A stretch of DNA of 40,743 bases from a virus. Lineage: Duplodnaviria; Caudoviricetes. Position 1 is the first letter of the stretch. The number at the start of each line of letters is the position of its first letter. The stretch covers positions 1 to 40,743 of IMG/VR virus record IMGVR_UViG_3300037634_004613, one strand, 5' to 3'. This document shows positions 6,970-17,967 of the stretch, piece by piece. The position numbers were made by a program, and so were the translations under genes. Under the pieces are notes generated by a model, which saw nothing but the letters and a program-made list of their open reading frames with translations, ran no database searches and had not been told where the DNA came from.

Positions 6970-8252
6970 TTTCTTACTATTAAGTCTCGTTCATAACTCT
7001 CAATATTAAATATCGAGATCTTAAGGTTACCTAACTCAAATTCTCCTAATTCTCCCGTATCTTGTATAATATCTGCAAGTTGCTGTATATTACCAAAGTC
7101 TGGTTCTGTGAAAGTAGTACCATCTATCTCAACTAATATATCATTATTCATTTCATTGTCATAAGGTACTATTCTTTCTGATAGATCAAATAAAGTATTC
7201 TCCTGCTCCTTTTCCACATAATCCCAAGCTCTGCCTATAGTAAAGGTTTCTTGTGTATAAATAGTATCACACCATGGCTCTAATAATTCTAGCAACTGCA
7301 GATTACCGTTTTTCAACTTGATACCTATATTATATTTAGGTGATATGATTGGTTTCATATATTGGTCATGCTTAATAGTAGTGCCCCATTTACGAATGAA
7401 GTTTCTCATATTAACAGTAGTAGTATGCAACCATTCTGGAGAATCCTTGCCTGGAGCTCCACCTGAGGCTGGATTAAATCTACTACCTCGGCTAGTCATA
7501 TGATATACAAATCCTTCCCAGGTCTGAATGAACTTAACTCCATTTAATTGAAATCGATTAAAGATATCCGAATCTTCTTTTGACTGTGGTGCGAATAATT
7601 TATCATGACCACCTATCTCTTGGAAGTCTTTTTTCCAAAATGCCCAAGGTGCAAATATACCTTCTGTTTGAGGTTGCATATTTTGCTGATTAACATCATA
7701 AAACCTTTCATGGATATACTCCCTAAATCCTGTATTATGATACCAATCTAATAATTCTCTTTCTTTAAACTCTTCCGGCTCGACTCCAAAATCTTTCAAC
7801 AATTTCTCAGGGCCTGGTGGATGTAGTGGTGGTTCAATTCTAGTAAGTGATACTATTGTTTTTTCTCTAGGTATAATTTCTGTTGCTCCATATAAATCTT
7901 TTTGATTAGGAATAAATGCATACATTTGTCTTTCAATAGCATCTAAAGCACCAGGACATAAATACATATCAGCATGATAAATCATACAAATATCATGCTT
8001 AGCTACTTCATCGACCAATCTATCATTTAATATAACTAATCCTTGCCTTTCTGGACCTTCGTTTCTGATTGCTTGAAACTGCGAATCCGTTTCCATTGTC
8101 TCCTGGCACCATTCCCAAGTTTCATCTGTAGATGCGTCATCTGCAACACATATCTGTACATCATGGATTCCTTGATTCCTTCTAATAGAATCATATGCCC
8201 ATTTAAGATATTTGAAATTATTGCGTGACGGTATTATGAAGCTTATTTTCAT
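6966..8252 (-). CDS. GT2-family glycosyltransferase with C-terminal extension
   Basis: ISFIIPSRN, VADDASTDET, HADM (DxD-like), GGHD...EDSD. Confidence 0.9.
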   Translation of the reverse strand: MKISFIIPSRNNFKYLKWAYDSIRRNQGIHDVQICVADDASTDETWEWCQETMETDSQFQAIRNEGPERQGLVILNDRLVDEVAKHDICMIYHADMYLCPGALDAIERQMYAFIPNQKDLYGATEIIPREKTIVSLTRIEPPLHPPGPEKLLKDFGVEPEEFKERELLDWYHNTGFREYIHERFYDVNQQNMQPQTEGIFAPWAFWKKDFQEIGGHDKLFAPQSKEDSDIFNRFQLNGVKFIQTWEGFVYHMTSRGSRFNPASGGAPGKDSPEWLHTTTVNMRNFIRKWGTTIKHDQYMKPIISPKYNIGIKLKNGNLQLLELLEPWCDTIYTQETFTIGRAWDYVEKEQENTLFDLSERIVPYDNEMNNDILVEIDGTTFTEPDFGNIQQLADIIQDTGELGEFELGNLKISIFNIESYERDLIVRK

Positions 8253-9111
8253 TTTCTATAATATTTTTTACATACTCATTAAGATTTCTCTTTGGAGCGT
8301 ATCCTAATACTTCTGTTGCTTTACTGAAATCAGCTAATGTTGTTTTTGCTTCACCCGGCCGCTTAGGAATATGTACATATTCCGTGCCATACATTTCTGC
8401 TACTTCATTAATGGAATAATTCTTACCACGTCCTAATTCAAAAAACTCTCCTTGAAGTTCTGGATGGTCTATACAAGCAACTAGAGCATCACAAATATCC
8501 AATACATGAGTGAAGTCTCTTCTCTGTTCCCCATCACCTGTTACTGTAAGTGGTTTATTAGCCGCATACTGTTCATCAAATATCTGTACTACTGTTGAAT
8601 AAGCAGAATCCCCAGGTATCATATGGTCGCCGTATACATTATAAAAACGTGTTATAATGGTAGGTACCCCATATACTTCAGAATACATTTTACATAACTC
8701 TTCTCCTACCCATTTAGAGAATGTATATGGATTCTTATATACACCTCCATGCGTTGAACTAGAACCGGCGTAGATAACAGGTGTTTTATTTTCACGTGCA
8801 TATTCCAATATCTTTTGAGTTCCTACCATATTAGAATCAAATGTAGGATTAGGATTGGTAAATGATGGCTGGATTCTTGCAAGTGCAGCTAGATGATATA
8901 TCACATCTGGCTTGATACTTTCCATTATGGCAGTACCTGATTGTGATTCTATATTAGCATTTAAATATTCTACTCCAGGCTGCTTATTTTCTACATATCC
9001 TGTTGAATAGTTATCAATTACTACTATAGTAGCTTCTGGGGTCTTTTTTTTAAGTGTTTTGATTAGATTGGTACCTACAAAGCCGGCACCTCCTGTAACT
9101 AGTATTTTCAT
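8218..9111 (-). CDS. NAD-dependent epimerase/dehydratase (extended SDR)
   Basis: GGAGFVG, HLAA, YTFSK (YxxxK), RFYNVYG, GDGEQRRDF. Confidence 0.92.
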   Translation of the reverse strand: MKILVTGGAGFVGTNLIKTLKKKTPEATIVVIDNYSTGYVENKQPGVEYLNANIESQSGTAIMESIKPDVIYHLAALARIQPSFTNPNPTFDSNMVGTQKILEYARENKTPVIYAGSSSTHGGVYKNPYTFSKWVGEELCKMYSEVYGVPTIITRFYNVYGDHMIPGDSAYSTVVQIFDEQYAANKPLTVTGDGEQRRDFTHVLDICDALVACIDHPELQGEFFELGRGKNYSINEVAEMYGTEYVHIPKRPGEAKTTLADFSKATEVLGYAPKRNLNEYVKNIIENENKLHNTVTQ

Positions 9112-10049
9112 ATCTTCTCCATTATTTTGTTAAACTGTTCTATATATTTACTTTCCGCATAATGTTCTTCATACATCAATTTTGCTATATTACTGCAATA
9201 TAAATAAAAATCATCATCGTTCCTAAGCTTCCGTGCTATCTTTTTAGCTGATTCTAAATCTCCCAACTCTACGGTGCAATCCGGATGACACGTTTCCTGA
9301 GTATCCAATCCTTTATAACCAATACAAGGAATGCCTAAATAAGCACAATTCAATGCAAATGTTCCGGCAGCATGAGTCCTCATTAAGTGAACTCCATATT
9401 TTACCATACTCAATTCATCTATCCATTGCGCCCAATTCATATATGGTAAATGGTTGATATCTAATTCATCTTCTCTTTCAATCTTTCTACCCATACTCGG
9501 AGCTTTGATTTCGCAACCAAATTCTTGAGCAATTATCATCGAATCAAATCCACCATACCAGCTGGTCATGTTACCACCGATCATAACTTCATTCATATTT
9601 TTATACCGGCCGGTAGTTATATCTTTGATACTATCCTCAATCATTAAACTAGGCATTACATATGTATCCTTACCGGTTAATCCTGCATAATATCGTTGAT
9701 CACGTTTGTTATGACATAATAGGAAATCGGCTTCTTGTAAAGTGTTATAATACCATATTTGAAGTTCCATTGAATAATCCTGCCATCCCCAATTCGGACC
9801 TTCTTGCATTATGGCTACCTTCTTACATATCTTTCTAACTGATGGTATAAGATTATCAATAAAGGTTAACTGCTTTGGTATGATTACAATACCTAAATCA
9901 TATTGTGTATCTTCCGGCCATGGTGTGATTGCAAATGAATGATGATCTGCATTTAACGCACACCGCCAGGCCATATCCGTACGCATATTAGGATAATTGC
10001 GTGGGATTTTTTGATTGATAGTTCCTTCTGTAAAAAATGCTGTTTTCAT
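9108..10049 (-). CDS. GT-B-fold glycosyltransferase-like protein
   Basis: C-terminal AGTFALNCAYLGIPCIG resembles the GT4/GT1 E-A-x-x-G-x-P region; cluster context. Confidence 0.6.
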   Translation of the reverse strand: MKTAFFTEGTINQKIPRNYPNMRTDMAWRCALNADHHSFAITPWPEDTQYDLGIVIIPKQLTFIDNLIPSVRKICKKVAIMQEGPNWGWQDYSMELQIWYYNTLQEADFLLCHNKRDQRYYAGLTGKDTYVMPSLMIEDSIKDITTGRYKNMNEVMIGGNMTSWYGGFDSMIIAQEFGCEIKAPSMGRKIEREDELDINHLPYMNWAQWIDELSMVKYGVHLMRTHAAGTFALNCAYLGIPCIGYKGLDTQETCHPDCTVELGDLESAKKIARKLRNDDDFYLYCSNIAKLMYEEHYAESKYIEQFNKIMEKI

Positions 10050-10705
10050 AATTCATTTAATGTTTTAAATTCTATGCCTTGAGATTTTAGATGCCCCAAG
10101 GATACTCTCATTTGTTGATAGTTATGTTCATTCCATATATTATCATTCCAATCTCCAGCAATATGAGACTGAAACATAATTCTTCCTTCATGTGTAGATA
10201 TATCGGTTTCATGAATACCATCCGCGCCGAATATCATTTTACAGTCCCATTGTAAATTACGATTATGTTCATAATGTACGGCTGAATAATTAAAATGAGG
10301 TCCTAGGCATTTAACTGCCACCGGATGTGCCAACCAGCCTGGATTTCTCCATCCTGCAGGCTTATGATTTACAGCATGCCATTCTTCTAACATCATATCT
10401 ATTCTAGACATTACCTTTTCTTTTGTATCTAATTCAAAAAATTCACATTCTCCGATATCGGTTCTTTCACACATATGATAATGTCCATGAGCTGCTAATT
10501 CAAAATATTTTTTTGATTTCAGCCAATCAATCCAGTCTTTATGTTTTGATAACGGAAATTTGTTATGGTAATTTGATGGAATGAATAATGTAAACTTTGC
10601 ACCAAACTCTTTATTGAGTCCATCCAAATAATTCATGCATTTATCTCCCTCGATGCCCCATCCGTGTTCTGGGTGTATATCGTCTATAGCTATTGTCACT
10701 TCCAT
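10046..10705 (-). CDS. Polysaccharide deacetylase (NodB/DUF2334-like)
   Basis: IAIDDIHP, ELAAHGHYH, GWRNPGW; probable start at MEVT (10705). Confidence 0.8.
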   Translation of the reverse strand: MEVTIAIDDIHPEHGWGIEGDKCMNYLDGLNKEFGAKFTLFIPSNYHNKFPLSKHKDWIDWLKSKKYFELAAHGHYHMCERTDIGECEFFELDTKEKVMSRIDMMLEEWHAVNHKPAGWRNPGWLAHPVAVKCLGPHFNYSAVHYEHNRNLQWDCKMIFGADGIHETDISTHEGRIMFQSHIAGDWNDNIWNEHNYQQMRVSLGHLKSQGIEFKTLNEL

Positions 10706-11679
10706 ACGTCCTCCCATGTATATGACTTATAATTTGGATTGAATAGGTTTTGATAGTTTTGTTCACACATCTGATTAGCTTTTATATACCAATCATTACT
10801 TCTTCTCTTTTCATTCATTGTCCCATCCTTACGTTCTCCTTCGATATACATTCGCTTATCCGGATGATTGCGGTTATGAACTAGTAATATATTCTTTATT
10901 ATATACTGTGGTATATTGCCTAATACTTTATTTGTCATATACATAAATGCTGAATCTTCATGAACAAAGAAAACTGACTTAGGTATATTAACTCCTGCTT
11001 TAATTACTTCTGATGATATGACTAATCCACAACCGTTGAATTTGTGTTGTGGCAATACACGTAAATCTACTTCATCTATCTTTTCATTAATAGCATTCAT
11101 CTCATGTTTAGACATTGTATATCTTAAACTCCACCATTGATCTGGTGTATACATATCCGGTGAATCATAAAATGGTTTGTCTGTAAAATCCGGATGTTCT
11201 AAAGGTTTCCATGAATTATCCCACATTTTACAAGTTCCAAAGAATCCTAAATACTTTGGATTATTATTTTGCAATGACATTTGATGTAGGCTATCTAATA
11301 TAATAAATGTTTGCTTAGGTATCAATGCATCAGACTCGCCCCACATAAGAACATCAGAACCATTACAATAAGCTGAATTGAAATCTCTCCTGTAATCAGC
11401 AATTGTATATAAATTGGCCGAGAAATTAACATTCCAATCTTTCCGATCGGGTCTATCTGCTATATATGGCTCAAGAATGCTTGTTATTTTTTTAATGCAT
11501 TCTTTTTTAGTTGCCTTTGAAATGCATTTTTCTAGATCTTCATTAAGAACAATATCAAAATCAACCTGTACTTCACCATCATATGCATCAATAGCATCTT
11601 TTAATGAATCTACATATTCTTCAATGACATCACATTCGAACCATTGGACCAAACATCCTATTGCAAATTTAGTTTTCAT
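10696..11679 (-). CDS. GT-A-like glycosyltransferase
   Basis: WGESD acidic motif, NGCGLVI, HEDSAF, LVHNR; cluster context. Confidence 0.6.
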   Translation of the reverse strand: MKTKFAIGCLVQWFECDVIEEYVDSLKDAIDAYDGEVQVDFDIVLNEDLEKCISKATKKECIKKITSILEPYIADRPDRKDWNVNFSANLYTIADYRRDFNSAYCNGSDVLMWGESDALIPKQTFIILDSLHQMSLQNNNPKYLGFFGTCKMWDNSWKPLEHPDFTDKPFYDSPDMYTPDQWWSLRYTMSKHEMNAINEKIDEVDLRVLPQHKFNGCGLVISSEVIKAGVNIPKSVFFVHEDSAFMYMTNKVLGNIPQYIIKNILLVHNRNHPDKRMYIEGERKDGTMNEKRRSNDWYIKANQMCEQNYQNLFNPNYKSYTWEDVWK

Positions 11680-12412
11680 ACAAATACTTATAAGTTTTTT
11701 CTATCCAATAAGGAACCACTTCTTCTTTTTTACCTGGAATTCCATTAAAATGCATTACATAACCCATTCTTGTATGTAACATATCGTCTCCTATAATTTC
11801 TCTTTTGACCATACCTCCCATGTTATACTTCCATGGCAATAATTTTAGATCTATGTTATGATGACGTATCATATAATTTAATGGAGTTTGATCTGTACCA
11901 GTACCGTAATTATTTTGTATGGTTTGTATAATTTGTTGATTATTAAAATAAAAATCTGTCATGGATTTGAAAAATTCTTTATGTTTTTTATTAACAATCT
12001 GAAATCCTGCATTACCATAAGTCCAAAAATCAAACCATTCATTTTTGAAAACATATTTTTTATAATGTTCCATCCCCCTCAATATCCAATCATAACTACC
12101 GGTATCATGTACCATACAATATTTATGTTCTGTCTCATTAAAGAAGTTAGGACAATTTGGATGGACGATTGTATCTGCATCCACCATTAATATCTGATCA
12201 TAATCAATTTCATTAGCTTCCAACATATCAAACAAAAAATAGCGTTGCCATATAATATTCATTTGATTAATACCTACTACTGGTTCTTCCATTAACAATA
12301 ATTCTGCATCATATTTGTCACAAAAATGTTTCCAAGAATTAATTGAATATTGGTATTCTTTCTTTAATTGGCCATCTTTTTTGAACGCCACCATAAAAAC
12401 TATATTTTTCAT
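11669..12412 (-). CDS. GT-A glycosyltransferase (GT8/GT34-like)
   Basis: MVDADT (DxD), NAGFQIVN, DQTPLN, HFNG. Confidence 0.8.
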   Translation of the reverse strand: MKNIVFMVAFKKDGQLKKEYQYSINSWKHFCDKYDAELLLMEEPVVGINQMNIIWQRYFLFDMLEANEIDYDQILMVDADTIVHPNCPNFFNETEHKYCMVHDTGSYDWILRGMEHYKKYVFKNEWFDFWTYGNAGFQIVNKKHKEFFKSMTDFYFNNQQIIQTIQNNYGTGTDQTPLNYMIRHHNIDLKLLPWKYNMGGMVKREIIGDDMLHTRMGYVMHFNGIPGKKEEVVPYWIEKTYKYLYEN

Positions 12413-13806
12413 ACCTTTCCTTTTTTACAGATACAGCCCTCCATATCATTAAACTTAACTCCGCCGGCATGCACTAAATCTTCTGGTTTTTCTCCTATAA
12501 ATTTTTCAAGTATCAATTCACCATTATCTACTTTCTCATCTATTGCCTTTCTTACCTCATTAACTCCGGAGCCGGGGTCATTAAGGCCATAATCATCAAA
12601 TATAAAAATAGGATTGCTAAAATGTTTAAGTGAATTTTCAATATCCATTTTTACTTGATGGTATTGGTGTCCGGCGTCGATAAATACAACATCTGCATCT
12701 GTAGGTAAATGATCTGACCACGGTTCTTTATATAAATCCATTTTCACAAATTCTACATTTGGTCGATCACTATTACGCTGTCTTGCTTGTTCAAGATTCC
12801 AATCATCCCATTCAACAGCAATTACCTTGCCAAAAATATAACTTAACATTCTTGTTGACTGTCCTTGTGATGCACCTATCTCAATCGTTACCTTATCTTT
12901 GAATTCTTTATGACAGAACATTTCTAAAATATCACGCTTAAATTTTCTAGAAGTAGTATATTTTGCAGTATCTTTATGGTCCATCTGATCGAGTATAGTT
13001 TCATTATCGAGTTCCATATAATTATGTTTTACAAGGTTCCATGTATCTGCCATCATCTTTGATCTCTGATCTTTTGGTATTCCATTAAATACCCAATTAT
13101 ATCCATATTTGATAAAAAATGGTGTTTTATCATTTCCATCTTGCCAATTGTGATTAAATAATTCAGACCTCTGCATATGAGTTAACTTAAACCCTTTTGG
13201 TAAATCTAATTTCATATCGATATTATTCATTTGAAGCCAATAATTAAATGGAGTTTGTTCTGTCCCCTTCTTTACTATATTATCTTGTAGTTCACAAAAT
13301 TTATCTACATTATCATAATATAATTGTTTGAATGATCCAAAAAATTCTTTATGTTGTTCATTAAAAATAATTACTCCTGAACTAACATATTTTTCTTGAT
13401 CTAATTCAAAATTATCAAAAAATGATTTGTATCCTTGTATACTATCATATATCCATCTCATGTTATCTGTATCAGGCCAACCACAAAATTTATGTTCAGT
13501 TAATTCAAATACATTAGGTGCATTCCATTTTATCATACATGAACTATCTACTAAAAATATTTGATCATATTCTATACCCTTTCTTTCTAACTCATCAAAT
13601 ACAAATATTGCTTTTTGCCAATTAACTCTAAATCTAAACATATCTGATTCGATTGGTTCATTAAATTCTACAAAGATACAATCATTTTGTTCACACCAAT
13701 ATTTCCAAGTAGCTTTAGAATATTCAAAATATTCAAAATTACCGTACTTTTCTGATAAATCAGGATTTTTAACTCCTATCCAATAAACTATATTTTTCTT
13801 ACTCAT
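12409..13806 (-). CDS. Fusion: GT8/GT34-like domain (paralog of 11669..12412) plus class I SAM methyltransferase (Methyltransf_24-like)
   Basis: N-half collinear with 11669..12412 (LVDSSC, SSGVIIFN, EQTPFN); C-half IEIGASQGQS, VFIDAGH, IFDDY. Confidence 0.8.
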   Translation of the reverse strand: MSKKNIVYWIGVKNPDLSEKYGNFEYFEYSKATWKYWCEQNDCIFVEFNEPIESDMFRFRVNWQKAIFVFDELERKGIEYDQIFLVDSSCMIKWNAPNVFELTEHKFCGWPDTDNMRWIYDSIQGYKSFFDNFELDQEKYVSSGVIIFNEQHKEFFGSFKQLYYDNVDKFCELQDNIVKKGTEQTPFNYWLQMNNIDMKLDLPKGFKLTHMQRSELFNHNWQDGNDKTPFFIKYGYNWVFNGIPKDQRSKMMADTWNLVKHNYMELDNETILDQMDHKDTAKYTTSRKFKRDILEMFCHKEFKDKVTIEIGASQGQSTRMLSYIFGKVIAVEWDDWNLEQARQRNSDRPNVEFVKMDLYKEPWSDHLPTDADVVFIDAGHQYHQVKMDIENSLKHFSNPIFIFDDYGLNDPGSGVNEVRKAIDEKVDNGELILEKFIGEKPEDLVHAGGVKFNDMEGCICKKGKV

Positions 13807-14521
13807 AATTTGTAATTATAGATTTAATCGTATCAACTAGATTTTTATCGTTCCATCTACCCATTTTGAAATGTAGAAGTTTACATTTATTTTGAAATAT
13901 CATTCTACACCAATGTTCTATATCATCATGTTCACAGTTCCAAATTTCATTAACTAATGAAGTTATTTTATATTGATTTGTTGTGGCACCATCATTTTTA
14001 TGAATATTCAAATCTTTAGCTGTTATTTCATGTAATGACCATTGATCATATGCTGTTCCATGATGGCCTGACCAGTCTCTACTTTGTTTATGTTCTTCTT
14101 GTTTTACTGACCATGCATCTAAAAACTTTTTTGATATTTCATTTTTCTTAAAAAATACATTGCCGGCGCTAGTTGTTCTAGTATAAATTCTTGTAAGACC
14201 AATAGTTTCTATCATATCAAATACTTCAGCTAAATCTGACACGATATAGTTGTCCATATCTAAAAAACAAAAATTATCTAATGTTCCTTCTCTATCCCAA
14301 TAATCTAGCATGCAACCGACTTTCTTACCTGTATTTACAACCCATTCAGTATCTTTTTGTGATATATTTATGAATTCTATTCTACCATTACGAGTATCAT
14401 CAGACCATCCATCTGTGTATATATAAATTTTTCTAGCATTAGTTGCTAACCATGATTGTATAGAAAAATTATAACAGTCTTTATAATTTTCTGAACAAAA
14501 CCCTATTATATCATATTGCAT
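13799..14521 (-). CDS. Nucleotide-diphospho-sugar transferase (GT77-like GT-A)
   Basis: FLDMD (DxD), SAGNVFF, YDQWSL, WNC, LLHFK. Confidence 0.7.
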   Translation of the reverse strand: MQYDIIGFCSENYKDCYNFSIQSWLATNARKIYIYTDGWSDDTRNGRIEFINISQKDTEWVVNTGKKVGCMLDYWDREGTLDNFCFLDMDNYIVSDLAEVFDMIETIGLTRIYTRTTSAGNVFFKKNEISKKFLDAWSVKQEEHKQSRDWSGHHGTAYDQWSLHEITAKDLNIHKNDGATTNQYKITSLVNEIWNCEHDDIEHWCRMIFQNKCKLLHFKMGRWNDKNLVDTIKSIITNYE

Positions 14522-14536
14522 TACTTATCTTTTTCA

Positions 14537-15253
14537 TTAATAATAAAACTTTTTTAATTCTTCTAATTGCTGTTCTATTGCTTTTGTTTGAATTGAGCCC
14601 TCTAAACACTTATCTTCTCCTAATGCTTTTGAATGAATAGTTACATCATCTTTATTAAAAACTTTTTTGATAAGTATTAGTAATCCAAACTTAGTTACGT
14701 ATTCAGCACTTTGTATAATACTTTCATTGAGATATTTTGGACTGTTCCAATTATTCATTAGTTCTAAACATTGTTTAGACCATTCTAATGTTGTATTTCC
14801 ATTCCAAATAGCTTTTGAATATCCATATACTACTCCTTTCTGAGATAAAAACCATTCTAACAAACTAGCATTGCTATTTAGTTCTGGACCTAATATAGAA
14901 GTTTTAATAGACTTTGTTTGTCTACTTAAATTACGTATATAATCTGCCGCTATGTTTTTTGATATACCATAATCATCACTATCCATTTCACAATCTGTTC
15001 CTGGATGTACTACACGACATGGAGAATTTAAATCTAACCAAATAGGAAGTTGCCAATTGATATCAAAATTAGTTGTTCTTTGTGGGATAGCACCAATACA
15101 ATTGATGATATAATCACCATCAAAATTTCTAATAAAAGTTTTATTGTCTGGCCATCGATCTGTTGTTGTAATAACATTTACATCGCTAGCGCGTAGATAT
15201 TTTTTAACCATATGACCTAACATACCTTTATGTCCTAATACTAATACTTTCAT
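14537..15253 (-). CDS. RmlD-like NDP-4-keto-6-deoxysugar reductase (short)
   Basis: LGHKGMLG, INCIG, GTDC, YGISK, TSILGPEL, WNGNTT. Confidence 0.8.
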   Translation of the reverse strand: MKVLVLGHKGMLGHMVKKYLRASDVNVITTTDRWPDNKTFIRNFDGDYIINCIGAIPQRTTNFDINWQLPIWLDLNSPCRVVHPGTDCEMDSDDYGISKNIAADYIRNLSRQTKSIKTSILGPELNSNASLLEWFLSQKGVVYGYSKAIWNGNTTLEWSKQCLELMNNWNSPKYLNESIIQSAEYVTKFGLLILIKKVFNKDDVTIHSKALGEDKCLEGSIQTKAIEQQLEELKKFYY

Positions 15254-16194
15254 ATTACTCCAGAGTCTTTTAAAAATTGATCCGTTTCTTCTGATTTCAT
15301 TAAACTTATATCAGAACTAAATGCCCAATTTTCATGATTAATAATATTATCTGTGATCATATAATACCGATCATATTCTTCTGTTCTAAATGATTCTGTT
15401 TCTGATATCATTGCTTCATGAAGCTTTTCGCCTGGTCGTATACCTACATACTTTAATTTAATTTTATCACTATACATTCTTCCTAATGATTTAGCAATAT
15501 CCGTTATCTTTAATGCTTTAATTTTTGGAATAACAATTTTACCATGTGAATCATGATGATCATAACTCCATTCAATTAAATCAACAGCATCATCAAGAGT
15601 TAACAAAAATCTTGTCATATCTTTATGAGTGATAGGTAATTCAGTTACTCCTTTACTTAATAAATCTTTAAAGAATGGAATAACTGATCCAGTTGATTCT
15701 AAAACGTTGCCATATCTACATAAACATACTTTAATATCTGTTTGTTTATTTGCAAAATCTATATACAATCTTTCTGAAATTGCTTTACATTGACCATACA
15801 CATTAATTGGTGCACATGCTTTATCTGTAGATATAAACATTAATGTTTCAATTTGATGATTACATACTGCAACACTGTCAATTAAATTTTTATGTCCTAC
15901 AATATTTGTTTTAACACTTTCATACGGATTTGATTCACATATTGGAACATGTTTTAATGCAGCTGTATTAATTACAACATTTGGTTTATATTCATTCAAT
16001 GCCTGTAATAATGATGCTTTATCTTTCACATCACCAATGCAATATGTAGCATTAGGATATGTTCTTTGCATTGCAACATGTTTGTGTTCATCACGTGATA
16101 ATATAATAATTTTATTATCCTTATAATAACGCCGAGTCAATGTTTTTCCTAAGGCGCCGGCGCCTCCTATTATCAATATAATTTTATCTTTCAT
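15250..16194 (-). CDS. UDP-GlcNAc 4,6-dehydratase, CapD/PseB/FnlA family (Polysacc_synt_2)
   Basis: SRDEHK, AALKHVP, STDKA, YGQCK, RYGNVLES.GSV, MTRF, GIRPGEKLHE. Confidence 0.92.
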   Translation of the reverse strand: MKDKIILIIGGAGALGKTLTRRYYKDNKIIILSRDEHKHVAMQRTYPNATYCIGDVKDKASLLQALNEYKPNVVINTAALKHVPICESNPYESVKTNIVGHKNLIDSVAVCNHQIETLMFISTDKACAPINVYGQCKAISERLYIDFANKQTDIKVCLCRYGNVLESTGSVIPFFKDLLSKGVTELPITHKDMTRFLLTLDDAVDLIEWSYDHHDSHGKIVIPKIKALKITDIAKSLGRMYSDKIKLKYVGIRPGEKLHEAMISETESFRTEEYDRYYMITDNIINHENWAFSSDISLMKSEETDQFLKDSGVI

Positions 16195-16198
16195 ATAC

Positions 16199-16230
16199 GT
16201 AATATAATAATTTTTTATCGTTTATCTAAA
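16199..16230 (-). promoter_or_regulatory. Promoter-like TTAG-N19-TATATTAC
   Basis: Variant of the motif seen upstream of 34614, 37807 and 40641. Confidence 0.45.
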
Positions 16231-17282
16231 TGTTCTTGTAATTTAATTATATCAATCCTCCATGGTGAATTCATTCCACCTGAGATAGATAATGCATTTG
16301 TTCCTGTAATTACATCTTTTCTGCGATTTACAAATTCTGTGCCATCAAACATAATTAAATTTGTATGGTTTAATGCATACTTAAGTCTTTCATTGGTTGG
16401 AAAAAATTCTGGACTATTAATCGATATCACATTAGTGTTTGGTTTACAAAAAAGTACATTAGATAATCCTCCACCAATTGGTCCAATTACAAATTCCGCG
16501 TTCCTAAATAGTCCTATTTTTTGTTCCATACTAAGGTCTTCACAGAATACTTCTTCAAATCCATAATCTTGTAACATTTCTACAAGAGCATCCTCATTTA
16601 CACAACGTCGTTGGTTTGTATAATCTGTACCAATATTATTTGATTTTTCACGCGTCCATGTCCTTCTAGAAACATATATCTTTTTTGCTGTACTAGGAGT
16701 ACCTGGCATAGAATCCATTATATGAAATACATCACTATGAGGTGGTTCTAATGACATTCTATTATGCGTTAATGATGATCCTATTATCATAGTTTCATAT
16801 TCTGTTTTAGCATCTAGGAATATTAAATCATCTTTCATAATACCTAACAATTCTAATGTTTCATATACAAATGTATATAAATCAGATTCGCCATCCGGAG
16901 GACTTATTAAAATTTTTAAATCTGGTGTTTTTGTCTTTTCAATAAAATAAGAATATAAGTATGGAACTGTATCATATATCCAATGAAAATAATTTGCACA
17001 ATTATATACAAAATAAAATACTGGGGTAGTTTCTATTTTATTAATATTTGTATTTTTACATTTCCATTCCATATCTGATTCATAGACTGTACCTCTACCT
17101 AATGACATAAATCTTTCTATAGTAGGAAGAAGCAATTCATCTCCTGTTTTTATGAGTGGCTGTGGATAATGAATACTATGTCCTTCTATTACACAATTTT
17201 TAAAATACCCAACCTTAATATCTCTTTCATCGGAAATACGTTTAATATCACTTACCGATTTATCCCAATATTTTATTTTCAT
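16215..17282 (-). CDS. GT61 (DUF563) glycosyltransferase
   Basis: NYFHWIYD, KIYVSRR, RRCVNE, EQKIGLF.NAEFVIGPIGGGLSNVLF; probable start MKIKYW at 17282. Confidence 0.88.
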   Translation of the reverse strand: MKIKYWDKSVSDIKRISDERDIKVGYFKNCVIEGHSIHYPQPLIKTGDELLLPTIERFMSLGRGTVYESDMEWKCKNTNINKIETTPVFYFVYNCANYFHWIYDTVPYLYSYFIEKTKTPDLKILISPPDGESDLYTFVYETLELLGIMKDDLIFLDAKTEYETMIIGSSLTHNRMSLEPPHSDVFHIMDSMPGTPSTAKKIYVSRRTWTREKSNNIGTDYTNQRRCVNEDALVEMLQDYGFEEVFCEDLSMEQKIGLFRNAEFVIGPIGGGLSNVLFCKPNTNVISINSPEFFPTNERLKYALNHTNLIMFDGTEFVNRRKDVITGTNALSISGGMNSPWRIDIIKLQEHLDKR

Positions 17283-17967
17283 AATTCTCCAAATCTTTAG
17301 GTGTTCCCCAACAATGATATTTATCAACACAAAATATATTGATATCATTTACAATGTTATTAAAAATACTATCAATGTAGTATTCATTTTTATCCTTACT
17401 ACTATTATAAAAACCATCTAAAAAGTATTGAGCCTTTTTAAAATAAAAAGTTCCAACAATAGCATGACTATTAAACGGATCACTGAATATATCAGATTTT
17501 ACATGAACTTTTTTAATTAACTTATCTCGTATTTCAAGCCAACTATATGAACTAGGATTATCTGAAAAAGCTTTATTGTTTGTTGTGGTCCAGACTATTA
17601 TATCGCTATCACATTTAAAATTATTGTATTCTAATCCATAATCACAACTACTTATTAATATTTCATCATCTGGTTTTATACTAGATTTTTTTATTCCTAT
17701 CTCTGCTGTACGTGCTTGTCCATCCGTAGTTTCATCTATTGTAATAATTTCTACATTAGGATACTTATTCTTTAATATAGAATCTAAACTATAATTTTCA
17801 ATATGTTCGGTACGGCAAACAAACACATATTTTTTAGCTTTAGGTAAACAATCAACTGCTTTAATTATCATTGGTTCACCATCAACATTTAGTAATGGTT
17901 TTGGCAAATCAAATCCTTCTATAGCAAACCGCGAACCTTCGCCAGCCAATGTAATTAAATTAGTCAT
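17260..17967 (-). CDS. Sugar-phosphate nucleotidyltransferase (NTP_transf, LicC/GlmU-like N-terminus)
   Basis: LAGEGSRF...PKPL, GQART, SCD, GTFYF, EYYI, WGTPKDL. Confidence 0.85.
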   Translation of the reverse strand: MTNLITLAGEGSRFAIEGFDLPKPLLNVDGEPMIIKAVDCLPKAKKYVFVCRTEHIENYSLDSILKNKYPNVEIITIDETTDGQARTAEIGIKKSSIKPDDEILISSCDYGLEYNNFKCDSDIIVWTTTNNKAFSDNPSSYSWLEIRDKLIKKVHVKSDIFSDPFNSHAIVGTFYFKKAQYFLDGFYNSSKDKNEYYIDSIFNNIVNDINIFCVDKYHCWGTPKDLENYENKILG

